Origin: Spongospora subterranea f. sp. subterranea | Lineage: Eukaryota | DNA: 64,000 bases | Reading direction: 5' to 3' | Assembly: GCA_049724395.1 (NCBI GenBank) | Contig: JAUGWO010000141.1 | Location: 1-64,000, forward strand | Shown here: piece by piece, positions 36,601 to 48,389 of the stretch | Layout: each line of letters starts with the position of its first letter | Numbering within the stretch: the first letter of the stretch is position 1 | Notes under the pieces: generated by a model | What the model saw: the letters and a program-made list of their open reading frames with translations, nothing else | Told to the model about the DNA's origin: nothing | Database searches by the model: none | Program-made: the position numbers and the translations under genes

Positions 36601-37615
36601 AATTATGTCTCGAATGATCTGGCCACTCCTGTGAGATCTCAATCAGATGTGTTCGATATACAAATAAACAGATTAGAGCAGTTTACAGGTTATTCTTTAC
36701 TGCAACGTGCAATGGCGTATTCCCATGTCTGTCAGCAATCATGGGATCGGCCCCTCTGTCCAGCAGACTCTTGACAATCAAGTTCCTATAAACCCGGTGG
36801 TGGAATCATTGACAAAGGATCAGAATCAAACAGTATATACGACCAACCGATTATAACGAACTGCCATATGGAGTGGAGTTTCACCACCTAAGTTCTTGAT
36901 ATCAATAACTTGTGGGTTCAACATTTTGACCTTGTCCACGACCTTGATGACGGCGAGATTTCTATAGACGTTTGAGATCAGATGTGACACCATGTGATGA
37001 GGAATATAATACAGGCCCCGAAAAGCGGCGATGTGCAATGGAGTGTTCCCATATTGATCCGTTAACAATAGATTGGCCCCTCTGTCTATCATAATGATGG
37101 CGACATTTTCCCTATTGACGTTAAAAGACCTGGAAAACAGAGCCTTTGTCACCTTGAGTTTACCGGTTGTATAAAAGTGCCATATTGATAGTGGTGGTGC
37201 GAAGCGTCAATGAACTACCCTGTGATGTTTTCGATGAGTGTAATATTGTATTAGTCCCCTTATGGTGTTCCACCATTCCGTTCCAATATCCCCACATATA
37301 ATCGCTGAGTGGAATTGTATAGGGGCGATCAATGAACTCCTCCTCAATCTCGTGAGCCAATTTCTCAGCTATTTCATTTCTAGATAATCCCATTAGTCAT
37401 TCAGCATATGTCAACGTAATTACTCAAGTATGGACCCGTTTTCTAATGCAGTATGTAAGGCATATTGTGATGTTTGGACAATCATTGAGACACCCGACCT
37501 CAATATCATCAGCATCAAAACAAACTCTGAAATACCTGTTCCTGACATAACGATCTCACAATAATGACCAAATAAGTTTGACGATGGTGATACAGATCTT
37601 CAGACGGGGGGCCAT
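33670..37615 (-). CDS. Multi-exon ankyrin-repeat protein with a possible hydrophobic N-terminus; may be partly pseudogenised; both ends approximate
   Basis: Many ankyrin exons (GNTPLHIAA, GETPLHMAV, GETALLQA, LLDNGADP, GATLLHTAI, GNTALHRAV, GETALHLAV) separated by ~55-bp introns; putative start MAPRLKICITIVKLIWSLL. Confidence 0.8.
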
Positions 37616-38399
37616 AATTATCTGGTCTGTCACTTTTATTAAGGGTAAAGACTAGGAATATCAAACTGGCCACTACAAATCACCCTGAGAATAAGGGGTT
37701 TACTTGAGGGTCTGGAGTAGGGAATATCGTCAATCGCCATTTAGGGAGTATGCTGGAATACGAGAGTTGCAATGGGGAGACTTTGACGCAAACAATACGT
37801 ATCACATGCAAAAAAACAAATATATCACGACAGATCATCACAGTATAGGCAAAATAAGGTAGTTAGCTATTAGATGTGAATTATTGAGAGGTGATGGTGA
37901 TGCTATCTGTATCAGGGATGCTAATACCACACTGAAATGACCGGTGAGGTTAGGTCGAACTGATCAGTGAAACGGAGCGCGTATCGAATCGATCGATTCA
38001 TCAGAAGCGAATGTATTACCATGATGAGTAAGTTGAGTTATTAAATAAGTAGAGGCACTAGCCTGTTATTAAGGCACGGGAACACGTGCGTCAACAGACA
38101 GTGCTCTTGAAGCCATTGAATGTAGACATCCTTTTGGATGAGCGGTACAGTAGTAGACCCCCAGAACATCATCGAAAACCTTACCATAGCCAGCAAGTTG
38201 AAAATAATACTCTACACACACCTCTGACCGGATAAGAACCATTCGCGTTCTGCAAAAATGAGAAATGGAGCTTGAATTCGTGAGTGCCCCAGGTCCACCA
38301 GTCAATCGAATCATCATGGTCATACCAATTTCACCAGAAACCACGTCGGTATTGCCAGAAGTCCTAGAGTCTTGCCATTGTCCATATTTATCACGATGT

Positions 38400-39150
38400 G
38401 AGTTTCATCACCATTTTCGACCAGATTCTCGTCAACGAGTCCGGATTGAAACTCTCTTCCATGACACCCAGATGAGATGCGATTGACATTTCAATATGCG
38501 CTTGTCTTGCTGGGCTAACCATAATTTGCCAGTGTGGGCTCTCCCGACGATGTTGTTTGCCTCCATGCTCCGCTGAATCCAACGTACAGTGATCGCTTCA
38601 GCAATTGGCCTACCATTGAGAATCAGTCCAGGTAGAGAATCAGGATGGGTTGATGCTTCGATTATGTCAATTGTTATTCGTCGAAGCAGCTTAGGTGAGA
38701 ATTCGACGCCACACTTTTGATACGCATTGAAATGCTCGTTAATCTCATGATACAGCCAATTCACCCAAGGCTCCCTTTTGAGGCCAGCGCCCAGGACTTG
38801 CTTACAGCAGAACCTTTCTTTGGACATTGCTATCACAATGGTTAACGGACACCATTTCGAACCGATCCTTCGAAACAGCGAGGATTTTATCCATTATCGG
38901 TCCACCACGCTGGGCCTTCATTGCATTAGCAACAGCGGATCCACGAGATCCTTGAGGAAACAGTCGAATGCATCTCGCAAAACAACCCCTGATGCCATTT
39001 GCAGCAGGTCCGAAACCATCCACGTCCCACAATTGTCGTCCGAAATTGCTTCGTCGACACTTGCTGCATTTTTCGCTTGCAAGTTCCCTCGATATCACCT
39101 CCTACACTGGCTCCGTCTTGAACCATCATTCACATCACCCCCATCTTCTT
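38400..39150 (-). pseudogene. Degenerate pogo/Tc5-like transposase N-terminal region
   Basis: Frameshifted pieces: WVNWLYHEI, GVEFSPKLL, RWIQRSMEANNIVGRAHTGKL, MVSPARQAHIEMSIASHLG. Confidence 0.6.
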
Positions 39151-39544
39151 CCTCCCTCCGGCTGTTCCATTGTCCCCATCAAATTCTTGTCCTAAATTAG
39201 ATTCGATTCCATCACCGTCACACCACAACCAACCAGAAGCGCGAGCGAAAGCCCTTTCAATAGGGGAAGCAGAAACTGACTACCGGTAGGAATGCGACAA
39301 GGGGCCAGTAAAAGGGTGTACCTTAGTGAAACAGAAACCCAGCTAACAACTGACTTGTGGCGTGCCAACCCTACCAGGTCCAGGAATTGTAAATTTGTGA
39401 CGAAAATCCATATGTACTGCACACTCCCACTCAGTCTGGCGCCATAGATCAGTGTGACGCACTTTCATATGTACACTCACACATACAACACAAGTCAACA
39501 CAGCACATTATAGATACCCTGCAAGACAACAAATATATGCTACA

Positions 39545-39770
39545 TATGAGGCATCTTTTTGTGACAGAACAGACGCTCGAACAAAGCACATCGACTGCAA
39601 GTACCACTTCGTACGCCAGATGATTCGCGACAAATCAAATCCAAGTAAAGTATATGCCGACTGAGCAAATGATCTCGGATATCTTCACTAAGCCAACATC
39701 ACTCCCAAAGTTCAGAAGGCTGAGCAGCTAACTAATCAATACGACGGCACATGATGCGAAGGGAGAGGTG
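39545..39770 (+). pseudogene. Copia RNase H fragment
   Basis: NRTDARTKHIDCKYHFVRQM...PTEQMISDIFTKP, similar to family C. Confidence 0.8.
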
Positions 39771-40019
39771 AGCGAAAAGAAAAGAATGTGGGAAGACAAT
39801 GCAATCGCAAATGGGCAGATAGATGAATGACAAGTCATAGAACAAAGCGTCACGACGCGCCAAGCCATCACTCATTAAGTGACGCACCCGTTATACATTT
39901 GGGGGTGTGGCCGGAAACATGGGTAACAGGGCGATGTGCCGATCCCAGCAGCGTCAGTGTCATTCAGGATTACGAGCCTGGACTCGGGATGGCAACAACA
40001 ACACACACCATTGATGAGG

Positions 40020-43000
40020 ATTAATGGATAGCAAGGAATGTACTTCCCCCGTTTTAGGTTGGATTTACTAACTTTGAAAACTGAAGGCAAACTTTGGTAA
40101 AATTCATCATGGGCAGTTTCATTGCGTAGAACGTTTTTCAGGCTTTCAGTAGATATGTTGTTTCACTAAAGCCTTTAACGTATCAAGAAGGAAATCGTGA
40201 AACTTAAGCAAATCGGACTGGCACTCGATCTCCTCGACATCGAGAGCAGCTCTGACGGTATCACGTAGCGATACAGGATGAAGAGCATCTAATTTCCTTC
40301 CTGATACGTTAAAGGCTTCTAAACGTTTCAAGCGTCCCCGTAGTGGTGGGCACGGCAGGGCCACCACTAGAACGTTCGAATGTTTCAAGTATAAAGGCTC
40401 CCATCACGTTATGCAATGTCCCGATTGTAATCCGGACGAAGCAAGACGTCTGCTCGAAGAATTCAGGCAAGCAAAACGAGCAGAATCTGTCAACCCCTCC
40501 GCTGCACCGAATTCTGCAGGCCCAACTACAGGTCAGCAGAGTAGGTCCGCCCCAAGGCCAACTACCGTATCCACTGGCTCTTCAAACACCTTTTATAAGC
40601 CAAATTTCACAAGGCCTCCAATCCCGTCAAGGAACCCAGCAACGAGAACCGCTGCTGATGGCGCAAGATCATCTACTGCCCCAGTTCCAGCCACATCATC
40701 GCAGTCGCCTCCCGCTGCACCATCAACGTCTTCTAGTCCTTCCCCCGCAGCCAAAGCCAATCGGTTGGCTGTCGCTGACTACTATTCTTTCTGGTCACCG
40801 CCTTCAATACCATCTACGATTCGTTTGGCTTCTGTTGCGGAGTCCAATGAATCTTTTACAACATCGAACGATACTCCTGTTTAACTGGTTTCTAAACCTA
40901 TTTCGCGTCTCATTTCATCTGTGCGCATTTCTACCGGCTCTCATGGTTTTGATTTTGCCACGATTTTGGACGATGGTGCTGATTATACCGTCGTCGGCAA
41001 GCACGTTTGGGAGCGTTTGTCGTCATTCAATCCTGATATTTGCGAGGTGCTACAACACTTCAGTCTAAGTGATGGCTCCGTCTACAAATCTTCTTTGAAG
41101 TTTCTAGCTGATCTGATTATTCAAACATCTGCTGGACCCGTAACAGTCAGGCGTCATTGGATTCACGTTCTCGAGGTCGACATGCCTGAGGTGCTGGTGG
41201 GCCGACCACTTCTTCTAGTTCTAGGTATAGACGTGGAAAGCATGGTCGCTGCGCTAGGTGCTCAGCAAGTTGATATTGTTGATGAACCTCACGAAGATCC
41301 GTCTGGCATCGTCTCCAATCCACCTGGATCCGATTGTCCGTGTGTGGAGGAAGAAGATGGCTTCTCTTTTGGAACATCTGAAGACTCTGAGCTAAACGAA
41401 GCGCTAAATCAGATCGTCCAGGAAGCTGTAAAGGAAGGCGCCGCCTCTGCATTTGTTGAACGGCTACGATCATTAATATCCGATTATCGTGATATCTTCA
41501 GGGTCAATCTTGGTCCTGATCCTCCCTTTGACATTCCGCCCTTTCTGATAGAGTTAAACGAAGATGCTCGGCCAGAACTGTGCCGACCTCGTCGTCAGCC
41601 TCCACTTCACTCTCAGTTTCTCACCAATCACTTCCAGCAACTCATTGATTACGGTTTCGTCTTTCCAAATCCTAATTCTGCATGGTCGTCTCCAGTCTTC
41701 TGCGTACCGAAACCTGGTCAAAATCGCTCTCTTCGTTCTGTCGTGGACCCATGTTGGTCCGTTCGTTCTCGTTTGTAGTCTATACTGGGTATAACATCGC
41801 GCACGTCGAATTCTTCACCGCACTGGGCTTCGTAATCACCGATGGCGTCGTCGAATGCGTTGGCTTCTTCGGCGTCGGTGTCGGTTTGATGTTCGGCTTC
41901 GTCGTCGTCGCTGTTTGATAAATCGCTGACGTTTACCCATCCTAGAGTTGGATCGAGTCCTTGAACACACTCTGCAGGGTCGTATCCTCCGAGTAACATC
42001 ATGAGTGCCCAGTCGTTGTATTTTAGATCAGCGTATTCCTCTGGTTTCGATGCGTTCCAGTATGCGGTTGTTCCATCACACATTGCGTACGAACGTCGGA
42101 ACAAGTGGTTCTTGATGAGTGTCCAAGCAAGTGGATCGAAGAGCATCTTGTCTTTAGCGTTCAAACGGAAAACCGGCAGAGCTAGAACGTTACGAACGAG
42201 GGCCTGCCGCCGCCAGCGGCGGATGGGCACCTCAAGTCGCGTGGGTGGGTGTTAACTATCCATTACGGGTCGGAGACCTCTTTCGATGCGGCGGAGGCTA
42301 AGTTCCCTACGATGGGTGCATCGTAGCGAGTTTCTGTCAAATTCCAACGTTTTTGCCACTTCAAATGCTTTCAAGGGTTTTTGGCAATTTCCCATAGATG
42401 GTGCAATTGAATCACAATCGATGTTGTGGGATCGTTACACCGCTGCGTCTTCCACAAGGAAACACGAATTCTGTTTTCGCGTTTCAACAAGGCATGGAAA
42501 CAATCTTTCGCCCCTTATTGTCGCAATTCCAACTTCTAATTTGGGTTGATGATTTGTTGGCACATGCACCATCTGCCGATAACCTTTTCGATATTTTACA
42601 TGTTAAATTTGAATCTTGCAAGCGTAAGAACCTCAAGCTTAATGCCCTGCGATGCCGATTATACTTAACAGAAGCCAAATACTGTGGCCGTCTGTATTCC
42701 TCAGGGACGGTTCGCCATGATCCTGCTCGCCTCGATTCACTTATCGCGATGCCGAGCCCATCAACCGCAGCCGATCTCATGCAATTCTTATGTGCCGCTA
42801 CATGGATCAACAGCCATATACCTGATTTCGAACGTCACGTTCGCCCCCTTCTCGACCTGCTTGAAAGTCTTCATGCAAGGTCAAGGGTCTCGGTTCAAGG
42901 CGATTGCGCGTCGTATCCCTGTTTTGGCCGACTCGTGGGCTGAAATTCATGAGCGTGCGTTTAGAGATTCGATTCACGCCATTTCTCAGGCTGTAACCCT

Positions 43001-43700
43001 TCATCACCCTCGTCAAGAATATGATCGTTGTCTTTTCTCAGACGCTTCGCTTGATTTGTATGCTATTGTCATTACACAAGTCGATCCTGCTGAACTTTCA
43101 AAGCCTTTGCCAGAACAAAATCATCTGCCGCTCGCATTTTTTAGCCGCAGCTTTCGTGGTGCATCGGCTCGCTGGGCAATAAAAGGAAGCGTTCCCTATT
43201 TTGGACGCTATTCAACGTTTCGATTACCTGGTAATATATGAGCGCAAGCTCCACAATTTTACTGACCACCGCAACCTGATGTACATTTTCGACCCCGAGA
43301 CTGCTTCAGTTCCTTTGAAGCAGCACACTCTTGACAAGCTTTATCGATTGTCTCTAAAACTTAGCTCAGTGGACTACGTAATTGAGCACATACCCGGTCA
43401 TCATAATGTCTGGGCTGACATGCTTTCCCGCTGGGGAGCATTTCCTAGCACACACTCTCGTGCCTGTCGTTTAAAGCGGAAGTTTAATATTCCTCCTGGG
43501 ATCGTGATTCCCATGAAGGATTTCGTCTTTCCCACTACCCAAGAAATTGCTGAATTGCAGGCGCTCTCTCTATCCGATTATGTACAGATATACAACGTTG
43601 GGCAAAAGTCGTTTACGCGGAACGAATCAGGACTCTTTTTAAATCAAGATGGCGTCCTATGGATTCCGGATTCTTCAACTTCGGATACTTATTGTTGCAC
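40020..43700 (+). mobile_element. Decayed Gypsy element with an inverted gag piece (~40020-40345 on minus) and an insert in the RT
   Basis: Degenerate Zn knuckle ECFKYKGSHHVMQC, LDDGAD, AFKGFWQFP, WVDD, FSDAS, FTDHRNL, NVWADMLSRW; many frameshifts. Confidence 0.85.
41749..42326 (-). other. ~580-bp unrelated insert carrying a minus-strand reading frame of unknown function
   Basis: RT homology stops after LRSVVD and resumes at EFLSNSNVF; ORF 41718-42230 has a globular-looking region followed by an acidic tract. Confidence 0.6.
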
Positions 43701-44270
43701 ATTGTGGATCCGAAGTTGAAGTGAATTGGCAGAATCCGGAATCCATAGGCCTATGAGACGGGTTCCGAGCCGCCAGGGGTGAAGTGAGGAAGTCTAAAAC
43801 AGAACTACCTAAAACGAGTGTTCTAAACGTGAACTTGATGAAGAGTGTGTTGTATTGAGTCATAGATAGCAGGTCATAGGGCAGTAGGGCACATGACCTG
43901 CGTAAAGTAAAAAAACTTAAAAATAGTAGAAAATAGGCGATTCTTACGCCTCATGATGAAAGTCACCCACAAAACTGAGTATGACCGATTTTTGTTGAAA
44001 TTATCCGCTAGAATTGAAACAGATGCATTCAATGTTCGTTAGAAATGGCAGAAGAACGGAAGTCCATGTTCGAACGAATCTAACAAATTTGCAGCGAATC
44101 GGCATGATACAGGCCTTGTTAATGGACGTCAATGATGGAGAATTGCGGATAAAGAAACAGCAGTCAAATTTGGCTTCCGACAAAGACTATCCCGTTTTCA
44201 TCTCAAGTCCGTAACGCAAAAAGCGGCGTGAAACGTGATCTGTAAATTTGCGTCAAAGTGTAACGGCAAG

Positions 44271-45421
44271 ATGGCCGTAACCGAATTGCCACTGGCGTTC
44301 AGACAATTCTTGAGCAATAATGGAATATGCCATGAGCATTATCAAGGACAAGTTAATGCTGATGTCCCTAGGTTTATCCGACTGAATCCATTTGAAGTCA
44401 TTGACCTTTGTCAACTGGCCGCTCAGCTGGGCTGCGTTATTGTCCCCACAGTTCTGTCCGATTTTTTCGCTCTTCCTGGGCACGTCAAGATCGCCACATT
44501 GGACTCTTATATCAGTGGCCAATTTTATGGTATTGATCTTGCGTCAGGTGAGTGTTTTAAAAAATATACGACCCATCCCTGTTTTGAGGCCTGTGTCAGG
44601 CATTGCTGTCGATAACCTCGATCTCGAGAGTTTGACCGCTAACGATGTTTCGGTATTGGATTTATGCTGTGCACCTGGGGCCAAACTTTCTATGATCTGT
44701 GATCGCCTTGGGCGTCGCGGCCATGTTGTCGGCGTTGACATCAATCAATCTCGTCTGAACGTAACTTGTCGGCAGTTTCGCGAAAAGTACTCCATGTGCT
44801 CAGTGCCAGGTCGGGCCGATTTCAAGTTTGATTTGATCTGTGCCAGTGGAGTCGGATTCGCAATGACAGAACGTTCCTTATTCGACTTTGTAGTTGTCGA
44901 TGCGGAATGCACCCATGATGGGTCCCTGAAAGTAACGCGATGTGCAATCAATATCTGTTGTTTTGCATTAATTCCGCTGATTCTGTATAGCATATCGTTA
45001 AGTTTTGTGCCAATGGCTGGGACATGTTTGAGAAGCGATTTTTGAATCCGGAAAAAGAATTGCCGAGATCACTCAGCTCCAGCGACAATTGATATTATCG
45101 GGGTTCCACCTCCTTCGACATGGCGGTGTTCTCATTTACTCGACTTGCAGGTTTGTCTAGTGCTTGTGGCTTCACTATCTCACTCTTATCTGAAATAATG
45201 TGAAATACTCTAGTTTTTGCGTCGCGCAAAACGAGGACATTGTTAGATGGTTGTTGGAAACGGAGCCGAGCGCCACGATGCTGCCGTTGTCCGACTCCAC
45301 CGTATCTATATCAAGTCCTGGTCATAATCTTCCTCTAGCTAGGAGACTGGATCCTATTTTCTCCAATACCAGCGCTTTATTTATTGCCAAAATTAGAAAA
45401 TCACCATTTCATTCCAATTAA
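44271..45421 (+). CDS. NOL1/NOP2/Sun (RsmB/NSUN) family RNA m5C methyltransferase (multi-exon)
   Basis: PRFIRLN, YGIDLAS, VLDLCCAPGAK, VVVDAECTHDGS, LIYSTCS, QNEDIV. Confidence 0.88.
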
Positions 45422-45479
45422 ACACGTCTATTGTTTCGAATGCCTCGTTTGATCCATCTGGTGTTAGACAAGTATAGGT

Positions 45480-46727
45480 TTATTCAAGTTTATTTCCTGA
45501 TGCTAAAAGCGTCAGCTTTGAGACTAATCCACTCAATTGCACGATTGTGTCAAGACCGTTTGCGATACGAAGATGGGAAAATCCGATTTCTCTGATGAAG
45601 GCTAACTTCATTCCGGGGTCCATGTCGGCCGTTTTCACAACCCGAAATAGGGTCGTGACAATATCAATCGCCGCATATCCTTGCATGGACAGCCCTAGAG
45701 AGTCTGTCAAAATTGATTTAACGAGAAATTGATTATGACAGAACCTTGTAGACTGGATAACGCCTCACGAATACCACCTTGTATACATTGTGATAATAAA
45801 TACTGCAATACTTTTGGATGTGGCTGATCACAGACTTTGAACACATTCTCAGCGTTGATCATGCCGAATCCAGCGTGGGTCGATTGCAAGTTGTTGAGCG
45901 CGTTGCGCATATCACCTTCGGCGGTGAAGAGGATCGCTTCTAGCCCATCTGGAGTATACGTCGTTATGCCTTCCTTCTTCAGAACATCTAACAATCTCGA
46001 CAACACCTCCTCATCAGAAAGGCGCGTATATCGAAGAATAGCGCAACGACCTAGGGCAGGGTTAGACGCAAAAGCCGATACCAAAACCCAAACTTTTTTC
46101 ACACTTTGGATAGGCTCAATAATTTTGCTGGATATATTACAGGCAAGGGCAAATCGGGTGGTGTCTGAATACAATTCCATTGTGCGCCTAAGGGCTTGCT
46201 GTGCACCCGTCGTCATACTATCTGCTTCATCAAGGATGACGATTTTGTGGCGATTAGGAGGGAGACCGGCAACTCGCTGCTGAGCAAACTGCTTGATAGT
46301 ATTGCGAACCACATCGATACCGCTAATACCATATTCAACGATTGGGATATTTTCAAAGATGAGTTATTGAACAAACCGGTCATCGGATGCGTTTAGTTCA
46401 AGAACTGCGGATTTGAGATTTGTTCCTAGTAACTCTCGCGCCAAGCACATAATGCTTGTAGTTTTTCCAGTTCCAGGAGGCCCTGCAATCATGATATTTG
46501 GAACATTGCCATCCTTGGCGATAATCTACCGAGAAACTCCATTAAGCAATAAATGAGATAGGATCGCAATTCCGCACCTTCAGTCGATTAACGGTGGGTT
46601 CATTGCCGACAACATCATCCAAGACTCGAGGCCTGTATTTCTCGAGCCACGGTTCCTCCATCTGCCCTTGAGGGACTGTCTTGGGCCGGCCACTGTCTAT
46701 CGCCATATTTGATGAGGACGACGTCAT
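45480..46727 (-). CDS. RFC2: Replication factor C small subunit (human RFC2 / yeast Rfc4 type)
   Basis: [59 protein letters not shown]. Confidence 0.93.
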
Positions 46728-48389
46728 GCTTTTCTCTAGCGCCTTCACGTCAACCTCGTTAGGGTGAAATAGGTCAAACTCCGCACCCAATCCGCTCACA
46801 AATCCAATCATCATGTAGTTATCTGTGTAGGTCGTGATCTTGTCGCTCGCTTGGTATCATTGTTATTCGCCAGTTTTTTGTAAGGTAGAAAGATCGACTG
46901 ACGAAAGCCTGAGCAAACACTTCGTCAAATATTCTTTCCAGTTCTGATTTATGACCTGGTTGACCTTTTCACCTTCAAAAAGTAATGGTTCAGGTTTCCC
47001 ACATAATCGGTATCTATACAACGCTGCCGAAACTTTTCATTGATTTCGGCTGAGTTGTTTCAATAACGACATTATTATTTGCAATACCTGTTAGTGTAAG
47101 AGAGTTTGACTACCTAGGCGACGTACGGCACAACTTGATAGTTCGCTATTCTGCAAATACTGTTGCTTTATTGTTATGAATAAATTTGGGAGTAAAAATC
47201 AGTTAGGCAGCGGTCAAAAGGCTAATCCGTTATCGTCAAGCATCTACCAGATGCAATCCACTTTCTGTGTTTGGAGGTTTTATAGATAATGATGCTGAGT
47301 TGGTACTGTACTTCAAAATTTGTACGCTAACTTCGAAAGGAGAGTGTGTTTTTTTGCGTCAAATTATTTAATCACAACCTCATTCCCTGAAGGATAGTCC
47401 GATTCGTTTTGGAAATTAAAAGCGCCACGGTTTCAAATAATCCGCGTATAATGTTGAAGAGAGAATACCTTCACGTTGTCTGCAGGACTAATGTTGATAG
47501 CAGCAGATTTTCTGTTAAGACTACCATATTATAGAATTGTAGGGAATTAACGGTAAAAGAACGGGTGGAGGACCTGATATAATGGGGTTTACATTTTGCC
47601 AACAGTCTCGGCCAATTGCAACATGTCGCCGTGACATGCCCCTCGTGCTACAGTACAGTTTTCGTACAGTGTACAGTGGGAGCAACGCCAACTCCAAAGC
47701 TACAATGTCGAAACCACACTTCTCTTCTCTATTCGATTCGTATTTATGTCAGGGGTCAGTCCGGCTTTGTTCTTGTTTATCAGGGAAAAGAATGTCTACG
47801 ATGTTCACCATAGAAGCTTGAGTGTAAACTCAAATTTCTGGGCGACATGTTGCCTTGGAAGGTTCAATTGCTATAGGCGCCTTGATCAACAAAAACCCCA
47901 AATTCGGTCACGTTGCAACTTTCTTGAGTGTGAGTATTTACCCAAAGATTCACAGACATGAATTTATCATTTATGGGGCTTTCTTGCAGTTCAATAAGAA
48001 AAAGAGTTTTTGTTTTTGTAAACTGTTTGTTCCAAGATGAGACAGTTTTCGATGACGCTTCGCTGTGCGCTCGTTGAACGAGGAAGAGTGATATACAAAA
48101 CTGCGCGCAAATATTGCCGCATTTGTTGGAGTGCAATCAATCGGTTGTGAAGTTGTCTCCAGGATAGAGACGGCGGGTTTGGCGGGCATCGCGCCCGAGG
48201 CTGGCTGGGTCTACCTTATTTTATAATCTCCCTCGATTACATATACGGACACTAAGACCCGATTACGTCTCGGTCCTGGTGTCATTCGTCGAGTTTATTG
48301 TGTAAAGAGGACGATTGCCCAAAGCCGTATGTACTACAGTGCATATTCATCTTGCTACTTATTTTGCATTAGATCATCACAATATTGTT

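Noticed and set aside
46850..48360. Short Cys-containing ORFs between the RFC gene and the HSA gene
   Set aside because: No consistent exon chain or domain could be supported.
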